IMG/VR virus record: IMGVR_UViG_3300031831_000005
Coordinates: 1-38,283 of that record
Reading direction: 5' to 3' (one strand)
DNA: 38,283 nt
Source of the DNA: a virus
Taxonomy: Duplodnaviria > Caudoviricetes
Shown here: piece after piece, positions 8,280 to 18,567 of the stretch
How positions within the stretch are numbered: position 1 is the first letter of the stretch
Layout of the letters: the number at the start of each line of letters is the position of its first letter
Notes under the pieces: generated by a model
What the model saw: the letters and a program-made list of their open reading frames with translations, nothing else
What the model was told of the DNA's origin: nothing
The model's database searches: none
Translations under genes and position numbers: made by a program

Positions 8280-9329
8280 GTGAAGAAGATAGCAACCCGG
8301 TCTTCCGGGGCGGTCTTGGTATCCGGATACTGGGAAACCCAGTCTGGGGCTCCAACGAGCGCGCCGGGTAGCGGCAAGTACCGCGCGGATAACTGGGCAA
8401 CGCCGAGTCAATTGGCTATGTCGCCCACAGACGCGGACGGGTACAACCGTTATACCGGGTTGCTATCTTTGAAGGATGGCGACGAGATAATTCAGACCGC
8501 ATCGAACGATAGCCAGAATTACCAGAGGTGGTCGGTTGTATCGGTCGTAGATCAAGGAACTTGGGTCCAGGTAAATGTCTCAGTTACGGATACTGGATCA
8601 GCGTTTGCCGCTCCTGGGTCAAACCAGTCTCGTCTACTTCAGGCTCTGCAGGTAAATGAGGTGACCTCTACACCTCCTGGTGCCTTCTCGTCTATGCCGC
8701 CCCTAGCTACACCAGATGACATCATAGCTAGGCTAGGCCGGAACCTGAATCAGACTGAAGCCGCCCGCGTCGATGCGCTATTGCAAGACGGTAGTGCTAT
8801 CATCAGGCGTTACGCCCGCGAGGACTTCTTGATTGTTAATCAGGATGTTATCGTTGTTCCTGGTGATGCCGGGATTATTACGGTCCCGAATACGCCAGTT
8901 ATATCGATAGACAAGCTAGTAGCATTGTCAGGTATAATTGGTGTATCCGACATGGAGGTGACTTGGTACCGGTTTGACGGGATCGAGACGATACTGGTTC
9001 CCGATCCTATTATGTCCGGAATCATCAATCTGCCAGAGTACTGGTACGAGGCTTTGTGGTCTCGTCAGTCGTTTGAGTTGACGCATACTCATGGCTACGG
9101 CGATACTCCTCCTGAGGTTGAGGGACTTCTTTGCAATGCTATTATTTCAGAACTATCGACGCCGACGCTTTCTGCGACTGTACAGAGTGAGTCGATCGGT
9201 GCGTATAGCTATAGCATGCGTCGCCGGGCGATTGGTGGCGGCCTCTACGCTACCCTGACTGACTTCGGCATGCAGAGTATGCTATCGGACTACCGTAAGA
9301 GCCAAGGCACGATTGCGGTGAGGTTCTGA
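8280..9329 (+). CDS. Head-to-tail adaptor with extra N-terminal domain
   Basis: C-terminal ~210 aa has LATPDDIIARLGRNL...ALLQDGSAIIR...SESIGAYSYS adaptor motifs; first ~135 aa are a separate beta-rich domain. Confidence 0.8.
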   Translation: MKKIATRSSGAVLVSGYWETQSGAPTSAPGSGKYRADNWATPSQLAMSPTDADGYNRYTGLLSLKDGDEIIQTASNDSQNYQRWSVVSVVDQGTWVQVNVSVTDTGSAFAAPGSNQSRLLQALQVNEVTSTPPGAFSSMPPLATPDDIIARLGRNLNQTEAARVDALLQDGSAIIRRYAREDFLIVNQDVIVVPGDAGIITVPNTPVISIDKLVALSGIIGVSDMEVTWYRFDGIETILVPDPIMSGIINLPEYWYEALWSRQSFELTHTHGYGDTPPEVEGLLCNAIISELSTPTLSATVQSESIGAYSYSMRRRAIGGGLYATLTDFGMQSMLSDYRKSQGTIAVRF

Positions 9330-9664
9330 TGTTTCCGGATGGGGTTATTGTGACGATCGTCCGCAGGACTGTTACGAGCCGGGACGAGTGGAACAATGAT
9401 GTCTACACATCTGTGTCAGAGGATGTAGGCCCGTGCTCTGTACAGCCAGCGTCTAGCCGCGAGGATCTCAACTTTGCGGACCAGCTGACCTCTGGCATTA
9501 TAGTGTTCGTCCCGTACGGTACCGTGGTCGACTACGTTGACGCCGTCATCGTCGCGGGGGTGCGCTACGAGGTACGCGGGCGGCCAGACGTATGGGTATC
9601 TCCGTTCTCAGGTAATACGTCCCCTATCCGCATCGACGCTACTTTGGTCAAGGGGGCTGCGTGA
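9329..9664 (+). CDS. Head-to-tail stopper
   Basis: Synteny; RDEWNND...CSVQP...GVRYEVRGRPDVWVSPFSG. Confidence 0.8.
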   Translation: MFPDGVIVTIVRRTVTSRDEWNNDVYTSVSEDVGPCSVQPASSREDLNFADQLTSGIIVFVPYGTVVDYVDAVIVAGVRYEVRGRPDVWVSPFSGNTSPIRIDATLVKGAA

Positions 9665-9969
9665 GCGCTAGCTACAACCCTGATCACCAGGGTATGCGCG
9701 AGTTCCTGAACTCGCCAGGGATGATGCACCTAGTCGTACGGGTAGCAGAGCGCATCATGACGCGGGCGATCTCCCTGTCGCCGGTTGAGACAGGAGAGTA
9801 CATTTCGCACTGGCGACTACGCTCGCATAGGTTTGGCGGCATACACAATGACCGTTGCGAGGCGATAGTGTTCAATGACGCCCGTGATGCGATTTGGGTA
9901 GAATATGGTCATCCGGGCCGTGAGCCATATTACGTGCTCACTCGCGCTTCGAGGGAGGCGGGCTGGTAA
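9661..9969 (+). CDS. Neck/tail-completion protein (HK97 gp10-like)
   Basis: SPVETGEY...AIWVEYG...VLTRA motifs; synteny. Confidence 0.75.
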   Translation: MSASYNPDHQGMREFLNSPGMMHLVVRVAERIMTRAISLSPVETGEYISHWRLRSHRFGGIHNDRCEAIVFNDARDAIWVEYGHPGREPYYVLTRASREAGW

Positions 9970-10364
9970 TGGTTGCTGCTCAAGTTACTGAGTTTCCAGA
10001 TACTGAGTCTGCTATCATGTTCTACCTCATGCCGCAATTTTCTAGTATCAGGTTCGTGACCTCGATGCCCACCGAGATTACGCAGATGACAGCTAAGATT
10101 CAGAGAACATCTGGCGCTAACCGGCATATCTGGATTGATGAGCCCATTGTTGAGATTGACGTTTGGGGAGATAGTTCTAACACCATGGCCGTTTCGATCG
10201 CCGCGAGAGAGATACAGGCAGCGATGCTGTCGCTCGCCGGACATGTAGTTCAGAATGGGGTGATACAGCACGTAGAGACCATCGCAGGACCAAGAAGACT
10301 AGCGGAGGTGAATCCTGATCTTTCTCGTTACAACTCGACCTACCTAGTGAGACTACACCCATAA
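9969..10364 (+). CDS. Tail terminator
   Basis: FPDTE...QRTSG...IDEPIVEIDVWG; directly before the tail tube gene. Confidence 0.8.
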   Translation: MVAAQVTEFPDTESAIMFYLMPQFSSIRFVTSMPTEITQMTAKIQRTSGANRHIWIDEPIVEIDVWGDSSNTMAVSIAAREIQAAMLSLAGHVVQNGVIQHVETIAGPRRLAEVNPDLSRYNSTYLVRLHP

Positions 10365-10376
10365 GGGAGGGGCATA

Positions 10377-11093
10377 ATGCCCGCATCAACAAAGGATGTC
10401 GAAACGGTCGAATCAGGCTTTGCAGACAGCGGCGGTCCCGGCTCTACCGATGTTCAGCCGCTAGTCGCCGGTCCCGGCAAGCAGAAGGACAACAGCCTGC
10501 TCTACGCGGCTGGCGACGTTATCATCTGGATCGCGGCCCAGAATACGGCCGGCCCAGTTACCGGCTTCGAGGACATCTCCACTCTCACCGGCTACTACTG
10601 CTGCGGGTGGATCGACACGTCCGGTTACATCTTCAAGCTCGACGAGACCACAAAGGACATCCAGGGGGCCGGTACGCTGACCGCGCTCCGGACGATCCTC
10701 ACCGGCGGTACCAAGAGCGTGCAGGCGACCTTCCTCGAAGGGCTCAACCCGTACGTCCGGTCACTCTTCGATGATGTGCCAATTTTCCCGGTCACGTCCT
10801 CTCCACTGAAGGCGACGACCACCGCGCCGTACATGGCGACATACACAATCCCCGACCCGCCCGCCGACAACCGCTACGCCTTCATCTGGGACAGCCTCGA
10901 CGGCACCAAGCAGATGCGGCTCTACGCCCCCAACTGTAAGGTTACCGCACGCGGGAACGATCAACCGCAGCAGGGTGACAACGAGAACATGGACATGACG
11001 GTGACCATGTATCCGGGCAACGTCTCCGGCTCGGTGTACGTCGCCAAGCGGTGGATCAACTACGGCAAGGACATGACGGGGTACTTCACGTGA
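10377..11093 (+). CDS. Major tail (tube) protein
   Basis: Synteny, optimised codons, CGWIDTSG...QATFLE...RYAFIWDSLDG motifs. Confidence 0.85.
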   Translation: MPASTKDVETVESGFADSGGPGSTDVQPLVAGPGKQKDNSLLYAAGDVIIWIAAQNTAGPVTGFEDISTLTGYYCCGWIDTSGYIFKLDETTKDIQGAGTLTALRTILTGGTKSVQATFLEGLNPYVRSLFDDVPIFPVTSSPLKATTTAPYMATYTIPDPPADNRYAFIWDSLDGTKQMRLYAPNCKVTARGNDQPQQGDNENMDMTVTMYPGNVSGSVYVAKRWINYGKDMTGYFT

Positions 11094-11494
11094 CCGCCAA
11101 CAGCGAGATTCGCCAGTTCCCGCTCGATGAAGAGCCAGACCTTCCGGAAGAAGACGCCGAAGAGATCGACCTTGATCTCGACGCCATTGATGAGGAGTTG
11201 CGTGACGAGCGTGTCGGTCATGCAACGACCGTCAAGGCCGGTGGCACCGTTCTCCACATCATGCATTCCGGTGACTGGCCGTCATCCGCGATGCGGGCGG
11301 CCTCGATGGGCGACTGGGACACCTGGGCGCAGGGTGTAATCGAGGATTCCAGGGAATACGACGCCTGGCTCAAGGCCGACCTGCGCAACTACCAGATCGA
11401 GGAGATTTTCCGGAAGTGTAGCCAGGCTGCCCGGATGAACTCGGGAAAATCTCAGAAGCGTACTGGCTCACGACGCACTTCGCGGAGGAAATAG
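11090..11494 (+). CDS. Tail assembly chaperone (short form)
   Basis: GTG start overlapping the tube stop (GTGA); contains slippery G GGA AAA near its 3' end. Confidence 0.85.
   Translation: MTANSEIRQFPLDEEPDLPEEDAEEIDLDLDAIDEELRDERVGHATTVKAGGTVLHIMHSGDWPSSAMRAASMGDWDTWAQGVIEDSREYDAWLKADLRNYQIEEIFRKCSQAARMNSGKSQKRTGSRRTSRRK
11443..11449 (+). other. Programmed -1 ribosomal frameshift site GGGAAAA
   Basis: In-frame TCG GGA AAA; the -1 frame is open (ISEAYWLTTHFAEEIEADFQRYYGLD...) and joins ORF 11557..11940. Confidence 0.9.
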
Positions 11495-11940
11495 AAGCTG
11501 ATTTCCAGCGCTACTATGGACTGGACTTTAGGGACCTATTCATAAAGGGTAGTGGGATGACGTGGCGTAGGCTGCTTGTCCTGGTACACCACCTTCCGCC
11601 GGAGAGCGCTGTGCACACTGCGGTACGCAACGAGATGCCTGATAATACCATGGCCAGGCGTGGCGCTGCAAAAGATCCAGCGATGGGAAGCTGGAGTAGC
11701 GTCGAGGGCTTGCTAGCTACGCTCATCGATGAGGTCCGGCAGCAGACCTGGGTCTATATACAGAGTCACACGGAGCGGAAGATACCGCGCCCGGCTCCGA
11801 TGCGCCGTCCAGGGCTATCGGAACGGCCCGCGAGGACGCTAAGCCTGGCGGACGCCCAGCGGCTAGACCCGCGCCTACGGGACCTCTCGGAAGAGGACGC
11901 GCAAGCTATGCTAGATCGGCTTACAGGAGGGAGGCGATAG
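11449..11940 (+). CDS. Tail assembly chaperone, frameshifted C-terminal part
   Basis: IEADFQRYYGLD...MTWRRLLVLVHHLPPES is the typical actinophage gpGT second half. Confidence 0.85.
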   Translation: MSEAYWLTTHFAEEIEADFQRYYGLDFRDLFIKGSGMTWRRLLVLVHHLPPESAVHTAVRNEMPDNTMARRGAAKDPAMGSWSSVEGLLATLIDEVRQQTWVYIQSHTERKIPRPAPMRRPGLSERPARTLSLADAQRLDPRLRDLSEEDAQAMLDRLTGGRR

Positions 11941-11943
11941 CGA

Positions 11944-14900
11944 ATGCCAGGTGAGATATATGTCGGTAGTGTCGCCGTATCTGTCGTCCCTGACCTACGC
12001 GGATTCAACTATGAGATGCGTAGACAGCTTGTACCGGCTGCAGCCGACCTGGGTAAAGAGATCGCCAGGGAGCTGACGCGTAGCATTCGCGAGAATCTAG
12101 ACATAGGCAAGATCATTGAGGAGCAGACGGCTAGGTCGTACCCTGCGGTACGGCGCTCGGGGTATGAGATTGGGCTAGCCTATGGCCGGGCGTTCCGCCG
12201 CGGAGTTGAACTTGCTATGGAGGATATGCATGTTAAGGTCAAGATGGACATGGACGCCTCTTCCCTGGCCAAATTCAAGGCCGAGTCGGCGGCGGCTACC
12301 CGGACGCGCACTGAAAAGGTCAAGCTCGATGTCGATACGAAAATCTCCAGTATAGTCGGTGGCCTATTCGAGCGTCTTGGGTTCAAGACGCTCACTGGTG
12401 GCGGCGGCGGCGGCGGCGTCCTCGGGCCTCTAGACAAGCTGTTGGGGCTCGGTGGCGGAGCACGATCAACGTCATTTGGCTTTAGACAACTTCTACAAGG
12501 TCAGCAGCTGTCCGGTATAACGAGCATATTTGCTGCTTTGCCATTCCCGATACAGGCTACCATGGGGGCAGCAGTCGCGGCAGCGGTACCTCTTCTGGCC
12601 CAGTCTCTGAGCGGTCTCATTGTTGGCGGGCTCGGCACTGGGCTGGCCGGCCTTGGTATTCTGGGGGCGGTCGGACTCGGCAAGGGGGTTGCGCCTGGTG
12701 CACTTGCCGCAGCCCAGGATAGGCTAGCGGCGGCCCAGGGACGGGCTGTAGCTGCGCAAGACCGGCTTAACCAACTACAGACTGGGGGCGGTGCAACTAG
12801 TGGTCAGCTAGCTGCTGCTCACCTAAGAGTTACGTCTGCACAGGATCGCCTCAATACATTGCAAAATTCAGGTACGGCCAGTGCTTCTGCGCTGGCTTCT
12901 GCGCAGGCTTCGCTAATTAGCTCTCAGGATCGCCTCAACAGATTGCAACACGGCGGGCACGCGAGCGCCAGTCAATTGGCGTCGGCACAAGCGGCGGTGG
13001 CTAGTGCTCATGGTTCTGTTGCGTCGGCACAAGATAAGCTGAAGGAAGTCCGCGCGGAACAGGTAACACCTGGACAGCTAGCTGTTCGTACAGGATTCCA
13101 GAATCTTGTTACGGACTTCAAGGCCGACCTCGCCACCATCGGCGAGCCTATGATTCCGGTTTTGCAGAGGGTGTTCGGCCTCATCGGCAAGGTCATGGAC
13201 AAGCTTACGCCGGTGTTCAAGGCGGCTACCGGGATTATCGCCGGCCCCATGGAAAAATTTGCCGATGCATTTCTCAAGGCATTCGGCGATCCGACGGTTC
13301 AGAAGTCTATCACCGATGTAGCCAATGCATTCGTTGGGATACTTACGGCGCTCACGCCTGATATACCAGGCATTGTTGACTCATTTGCGCAGGCTGTCTC
13401 ACGGATGGCAGGGGCAGTAACCAAGAATCCGAAGGCATTTGCAGATTTCGCAAACTTCGTCGCTCAGTTCATTATAGCGATGGTAGATGCCCTCGCCTGG
13501 CTTACTGACTTTGCCGATTGGGTGGAGTTTCACTGGCCGCAGATTTGGACATTCCTATCCGTTCCGGTTCAGGCTGCCGTTACTGCCTGGAAGATCGGTG
13601 CGGCGCTGATCTCTGGCATCGTAAACTTCCTGATTGACATATTCCATGGGCGATGGGGCAAGGCCTGGGATGACCTCAAGATGATCCCAATTCGCGTATT
13701 CAATGCGATGAAAGATTTGGTAGTCCGGATATGGCATTCGATACTCGACTTGGTAGGTCACCAGCTTGATCAGCTACGGCACAATACGGCCGCTCACTTT
13801 GATGAGATACGTCACGACTTTGCGCAATGGGGCGACGACATACTGCGTGATGTCAGGATAACCTGGAATGATATCTACGGAGCCACCATCGGCGCTCTCA
13901 TTCGTATGGGCCATAACATCGAGCACTACTTCACGATGATACGGCACAACATAGCAAATATCTGGGATGGAGTCCGGCACGACGTAGCGCATTACTGGGA
14001 CGTCATATACAACAATACCATTGGCGCTATCATACGGCTTATCAAGCGGGCTCTCGCGCTATTCTCCGGATGGAAGCAAGACATAATTAACTTCTTTGCG
14101 AATGCCATCAACTGGATCACTAATGCAGGGCGTAATATCATCACCGGGCTCTGGAATGGATTGGAGGCAGTCTGGAGAGATGTAAGCGGCTGGTTCGGTA
14201 AGGTACCGGGATGGGTTAGCAATTTCTTCAGCGGTGCCCTTAACTGGATTTTCGCACGAGGACGGAATATCATTACAGGGCTCTGGAATGGGGTAAAGCA
14301 AGTCTGGAATGATGTTGTTGGCTGGTTCAAGGGATTGCCATCGAAGATACTCGGCGCGCTCGGAATCAAGTCGCCACCGCAATGGGCGCTAGATGCAGGC
14401 AAGCATATCATGGGCGGACTTCTAAAGTCCCTTACACACGGGGCCAAGGATGTTAAGGCATTCTTTGTCGGGTTGGCATCTGATGTTGCCGGGCCGCTGA
14501 AATCTGTATGGTCGTCGATCGGTGGCTTCTTTAGCGGGCTATGGCACAAGGTCGCTGGAGGTGGAAGCGGTGGAGTTCAGAGGTGGGCGCCAGTAGTCGC
14601 GCAAGCCCTGTCCATGATGGGAATGCCCGCGTCCCTCTTGCCGCAAGTGCTATATCAGATGCAGACTGAGAGTGGAGGCGACCCGAATGCTATCAACTTG
14701 ACGGACATCAACGCTCAGCGTGGCGATCCGTCGAAGGGTCTCATGCAGGTTATCGGCGGGACATTCGCCCGGTTCCACGTTGCAGGTACCTCGTTCAACA
14801 TCTATGATCCGCTGGCCAACATAGCGGCGGCTATTGCCTATGCTGCGTTTACCTACGGTCCTGGGCTAATGCGTGGCGGGATGGGCCTAGGCTCTGGGCA

Positions 14901-16371
14901 CGGCTACGCTAGCGGTACAAGTGGCGCGGCTACCGGCTGGGCGTGGGTCGGCGAGGCCGGCCCAGAGCTGGTCCGCTTCTCCGGTGGCGAGCAGGTCATC
15001 GCGGTCGGACGCGGGTATGCTACAGGCACGTCGGTCGGCACGCTCGAAGCCGAGATAGCACGGCTAAACGCTAGCATTGCAATACTCAATGCTAGAATGG
15101 GCTCTTACGCTGCCGGTTCAGCAGGCCAGCTAGGCAGGAATCAGGTTCAGGCTCAGATCAATGTCGACAGGGCTCGCATCAGGGACTTGCAGGATCGTAT
15201 ATTCGTGATTCAGCATCCCACTGTTGCAGCGGCATCCCGTATATCAGCTGCCGCTGCGCGTGCTGCAGCTGCGGCAATAACGAAGATGGCTAACGCGGGC
15301 GCTACCCTTGCCGCCGCTCTCGCCAGGATCACGACTAAGACGACCGCAGCCGGATTCGCAAGTGATCAGGCTTTGTTCCTGAAAGACCTACGCTACTACT
15401 TCAGCCCATCCGTCGCTGACGCACGTTCCCGGCTAGTCATTGCGCAGATCAAGGAGTTGCAGAATCTACAGGCCCATATCGCTACCCTGAACACAAATAT
15501 CGCCAATGCCGTCAGTTTCCAGAAGACAGAGCTTACGCATCTACAGGCAGGTACCGGCCTCGGCTTTATTGGCATTCAGGGAAGTGGAGCCGCTCAGGGA
15601 GCTGGCTTGCTCAGCGGGCTGCAGAATCAGGCAAGGGTCATTGTCGCCTTCACGCGAGGTATCCGCGCGCTAGCGTCCGCAGGAGCATCCCAGGCGCTTA
15701 TACAGCAGTACGCCGGCATGGACCCAGGCACCGGAGGCCCGGCCGCGCAGAGGATGGCCTGGGTACTCCGTGCCCTGAAGCAAATGAAGGCCCCGGCTCC
15801 TGTTGTCAATCAGCTGACTGCGCTCGGGGCCGACGCCGCCTTTGCATATGTGCAGGCTATACAGCATGCCGACCCGAAGGTGCGCGCTGGGATATTTGCT
15901 GCTGAGACAAATCTGGCGAATACTCAGCTGGCCGCCTCACGCGGAATTGCCTCTGTAGCGTATGGCGGCGCGTATACCACTGGGGCCAATTTCGTAGCTG
16001 GCTTGCAATCCCAGGAGAAGCAGCTGAATGCGCTGTTTGCCAAGCTGGGTAAGACGCTCGGCGAAGAGGCTATCAAGTGGATGCGCGTACCGGCGAAGCA
16101 GAGGCCGTACGGATATCAGCATGGCGGATGGCTCAATGAGCCGGTAAGTGGATGGGGCATGTACTCGGGAGCACCGTACATGTTTGCTGAGCGCGGGCGT
16201 GAGTACGTTGTGCCAGAGGCGCATATGGGTCGCGGTGGGGCCAGCGGTACGGAGTACCACGCCCACTTCGATGGGCTGACCGGCGAGGCGATCGAGGGCC
16301 ATGTGCGGACGGCGTTCAATGCGATGAGCTTGACACAGGGGAATCTACAACGCCAGGGTAGGAGGTCCTAA
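11944..16371 (+). CDS. Tape measure protein with SLT lytic transglycosylase domain
   Basis: 1475 aa; starts IYVGSVAVSVVPD; Trp-periodic helical repeats; QMQTESGGDPNAIN...SKGLMQVI...NIYDPLANIAAAI lysozyme-like motif. Confidence 0.93.
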   Translation: MPGEIYVGSVAVSVVPDLRGFNYEMRRQLVPAAADLGKEIARELTRSIRENLDIGKIIEEQTARSYPAVRRSGYEIGLAYGRAFRRGVELAMEDMHVKVKMDMDASSLAKFKAESAAATRTRTEKVKLDVDTKISSIVGGLFERLGFKTLTGGGGGGGVLGPLDKLLGLGGGARSTSFGFRQLLQGQQLSGITSIFAALPFPIQATMGAAVAAAVPLLAQSLSGLIVGGLGTGLAGLGILGAVGLGKGVAPGALAAAQDRLAAAQGRAVAAQDRLNQLQTGGGATSGQLAAAHLRVTSAQDRLNTLQNSGTASASALASAQASLISSQDRLNRLQHGGHASASQLASAQAAVASAHGSVASAQDKLKEVRAEQVTPGQLAVRTGFQNLVTDFKADLATIGEPMIPVLQRVFGLIGKVMDKLTPVFKAATGIIAGPMEKFADAFLKAFGDPTVQKSITDVANAFVGILTALTPDIPGIVDSFAQAVSRMAGAVTKNPKAFADFANFVAQFIIAMVDALAWLTDFADWVEFHWPQIWTFLSVPVQAAVTAWKIGAALISGIVNFLIDIFHGRWGKAWDDLKMIPIRVFNAMKDLVVRIWHSILDLVGHQLDQLRHNTAAHFDEIRHDFAQWGDDILRDVRITWNDIYGATIGALIRMGHNIEHYFTMIRHNIANIWDGVRHDVAHYWDVIYNNTIGAIIRLIKRALALFSGWKQDIINFFANAINWITNAGRNIITGLWNGLEAVWRDVSGWFGKVPGWVSNFFSGALNWIFARGRNIITGLWNGVKQVWNDVVGWFKGLPSKILGALGIKSPPQWALDAGKHIMGGLLKSLTHGAKDVKAFFVGLASDVAGPLKSVWSSIGGFFSGLWHKVAGGGSGGVQRWAPVVAQALSMMGMPASLLPQVLYQMQTESGGDPNAINLTDINAQRGDPSKGLMQVIGGTFARFHVAGTSFNIYDPLANIAAAIAYAAFTYGPGLMRGGMGLGSGHGYASGTSGAATGWAWVGEAGPELVRFSGGEQVIAVGRGYATGTSVGTLEAEIARLNASIAILNARMGSYAAGSAGQLGRNQVQAQINVDRARIRDLQDRIFVIQHPTVAAASRISAAAARAAAAAITKMANAGATLAAALARITTKTTAAGFASDQALFLKDLRYYFSPSVADARSRLVIAQIKELQNLQAHIATLNTNIANAVSFQKTELTHLQAGTGLGFIGIQGSGAAQGAGLLSGLQNQARVIVAFTRGIRALASAGASQALIQQYAGMDPGTGGPAAQRMAWVLRALKQMKAPAPVVNQLTALGADAAFAYVQAIQHADPKVRAGIFAAETNLANTQLAASRGIASVAYGGAYTTGANFVAGLQSQEKQLNALFAKLGKTLGEEAIKWMRVPAKQRPYGYQHGGWLNEPVSGWGMYSGAPYMFAERGREYVVPEAHMGRGGASGTEYHAHFDGLTGEAIEGHVRTAFNAMSLTQGNLQRQGRRS

Positions 16372-17270
16372 TGGCCGCACCGCCAACACCATTGCAGATT
16401 GATTATATTGATCCGGATGGCAACGACTGGAACCTTGGCGATGAGTCTATGCAGAATGGATATGCTTGTTCTGCTATCACGGGCATCGAGGGCCTTCCGG
16501 TATCTATGCAGACAATACCGATGCTCGATGGAACGTCTATCCCAAGCTTGTACTTGCCACAGCCGGGAACTATCACGATTGCGATCGCTGTGACTTGTCC
16601 CGCGAGCGGGTTGGAGGGCGATTATTATGCAAACCTTGACGCGGTAGCTCGCGCGTTCTACAACCGCAGGAACGAGCAGCCTGCTCCCGGTTACCTCCGT
16701 ATACAAAGACCTGACGGCTCGTCGCGACAGGTGGCGGTCTATACGACCTCGGGCCTGAACACCCCTGAGGTTGGCATCAGTAACGATACAATTTACACCT
16801 TGACGTTGCAGACGCCTGATCCGTACTGGTCAGATCTCATCCAGCAGACGGCAAACTACAGCATCAGCCCCGCGTCGGGCATATTGCCTCTATTGCCGGT
16901 CTTCCTCGCGGGCAGTACGGTGATCGGGACCAACACGGTAGTCAATGGCGGTAACGCTCAGGCCTGGCCAATCTGGACTATCACCGGCCCAGGTACGCCG
17001 ACTATGCAAAATCTGACCACCGGGCGAAAATGGTCGATGAACACGGTGATACAGGCCGGGCATGTAGTTCAGGTGGTAACGAAGCCTGGGCAGCAGATGG
17101 TAGTAGATACTACTACCGGAGCGAACATGTGGGACAACTTGGTACTGTCTTCGCTACGCGATCTTTGGTCCCTGATGGCCGGCTCAAACCAGATAAGCAT
17201 AGCAATGTCCGGATCGACGCTGGCAACGTCCGTAAACCTTGCATGGACGAATAGATGGAATAGGGCTTGA
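16371..17270 (+). CDS. Distal tail protein (Dit)
   Basis: First gene after the tape measure; LQTPDPYW, NGGNAQAWPIWTITGP, LWSLMAGSNQI motifs. Confidence 0.85.
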   Translation: MAAPPTPLQIDYIDPDGNDWNLGDESMQNGYACSAITGIEGLPVSMQTIPMLDGTSIPSLYLPQPGTITIAIAVTCPASGLEGDYYANLDAVARAFYNRRNEQPAPGYLRIQRPDGSSRQVAVYTTSGLNTPEVGISNDTIYTLTLQTPDPYWSDLIQQTANYSISPASGILPLLPVFLAGSTVIGTNTVVNGGNAQAWPIWTITGPGTPTMQNLTTGRKWSMNTVIQAGHVVQVVTKPGQQMVVDTTTGANMWDNLVLSSLRDLWSLMAGSNQISIAMSGSTLATSVNLAWTNRWNRA

Positions 17271-17277
17271 TGCAATT

Positions 17278-18561
17278 ATGGCTGTACTCACGACTGATGC
17301 GTTCAGCTTCACCCAGTCGGGTGGCTGGGGAGCGCTTCTGCCGAGTGCTGTGTACACGCCTCCTGCTAGCGTAGTGTCGAATGACGTTTGGGTTGAGATA
17401 CTTGATGGTAACTTGATTAGCAAGGGGCCGGTTCAATTTGTCAATGTGACAGCCCAGCTATTCTACAATGCTGTGGGATCATGGTCGCTGGTCGCCCCGT
17501 ATAGCGATACGCTCTGGAACTTGGTGATGTCCGGCGACTTCATGGTTAGCATTAACTGGCGCGGACTATTCAGCATTGGCGGCAAGTGCGAGAAGCCTGG
17601 CTATACAGATTCGATACCAGGCACGTCAGGATCGTCGGCGGGGTCTGGCCCGTTTATCACCATGTCTGGCGCAGACTGGCTCGGGCTGATCGCTAATAAG
17701 ATTTGCTATCCTAGCTCGGGCGTTGCCTGGAATGCTCAGACTGCTGGTGCCAATGACCCTGTGAGCAGCGTACCGCTTGAGACGGCCATTAAGCACTATG
17801 TGAATAATAACATTGGATATAACTCGCTCGCCTCGCGCCGGAATACCCTATTGGATATAGCCGCTGATCAGGGTCGCGGAGGTACTGTCAGCTACACTGT
17901 GAAGTTTGGCACTGGAGTCAACCTGAATTTGCTGGATGTTATCCGGGCTTTGATTGCGCAGACGAATACGTCGATGGGCGTACAGATTACGATTAACAGG
18001 GCCACTCACAGCCTGCTATTTGACGTGTATTCTCCGCGTGACCTGACTGGCAAAGCGTGGTTCAGCGAGAGCCTTGGCAACCTGACGGCTGTCAACTTTG
18101 ATATAGCAGATCCGACATGTACGGACTCGCTTGTACAGGGTTCAGGCACGACGTTCATTCAGAGTACTGCTGCCTCGCGTACGATGTGGAACTCTGTGGA
18201 GCTATTCAATGATAGCTCTAGCGAGACTGACATTAATAATTTGAACGCTACCGCTCAACAGGCGCTCGCTGCCGGGGGATTCGGCCCGACGATGGCAGTG
18301 ACCGCCGCTGACATCCCGTTCCTGACGTACGGACGCGACTACCACCTAGGCGATATTGTCACCATCGAGGTACGGCCCGGAGTTACCTATTCCGATATTG
18401 TCACTAGTGTGACGCTTACAGCCGACCCGTCTCAGAACCCTAGCATCAGCGTTGTGCCAAAGGTGGGCAATGACGCCAACGCTACGGCTACAGATTCAAG
18501 TATTATAGGTGTGCTCTCCGCGCGGATAAGGGCGCTGGAGAAGAAGCTGGCGAACAAGTGA
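17278..18561 (+). CDS. Baseplate hub / Tal-like minor tail protein (ReqiPepy6 Gp37-like)
   Basis: YNAVGSWSL, ETAIKHYVNNN, YGRDYHLGDIVTI, C-terminal RIRALEK; ATG 17278 chosen just after the Dit stop. Confidence 0.8.
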   Translation: MAVLTTDAFSFTQSGGWGALLPSAVYTPPASVVSNDVWVEILDGNLISKGPVQFVNVTAQLFYNAVGSWSLVAPYSDTLWNLVMSGDFMVSINWRGLFSIGGKCEKPGYTDSIPGTSGSSAGSGPFITMSGADWLGLIANKICYPSSGVAWNAQTAGANDPVSSVPLETAIKHYVNNNIGYNSLASRRNTLLDIAADQGRGGTVSYTVKFGTGVNLNLLDVIRALIAQTNTSMGVQITINRATHSLLFDVYSPRDLTGKAWFSESLGNLTAVNFDIADPTCTDSLVQGSGTTFIQSTAASRTMWNSVELFNDSSSETDINNLNATAQQALAAGGFGPTMAVTAADIPFLTYGRDYHLGDIVTIEVRPGVTYSDIVTSVTLTADPSQNPSISVVPKVGNDANATATDSSIIGVLSARIRALEKKLANK

Positions 18562-18567
18562 GGGATC

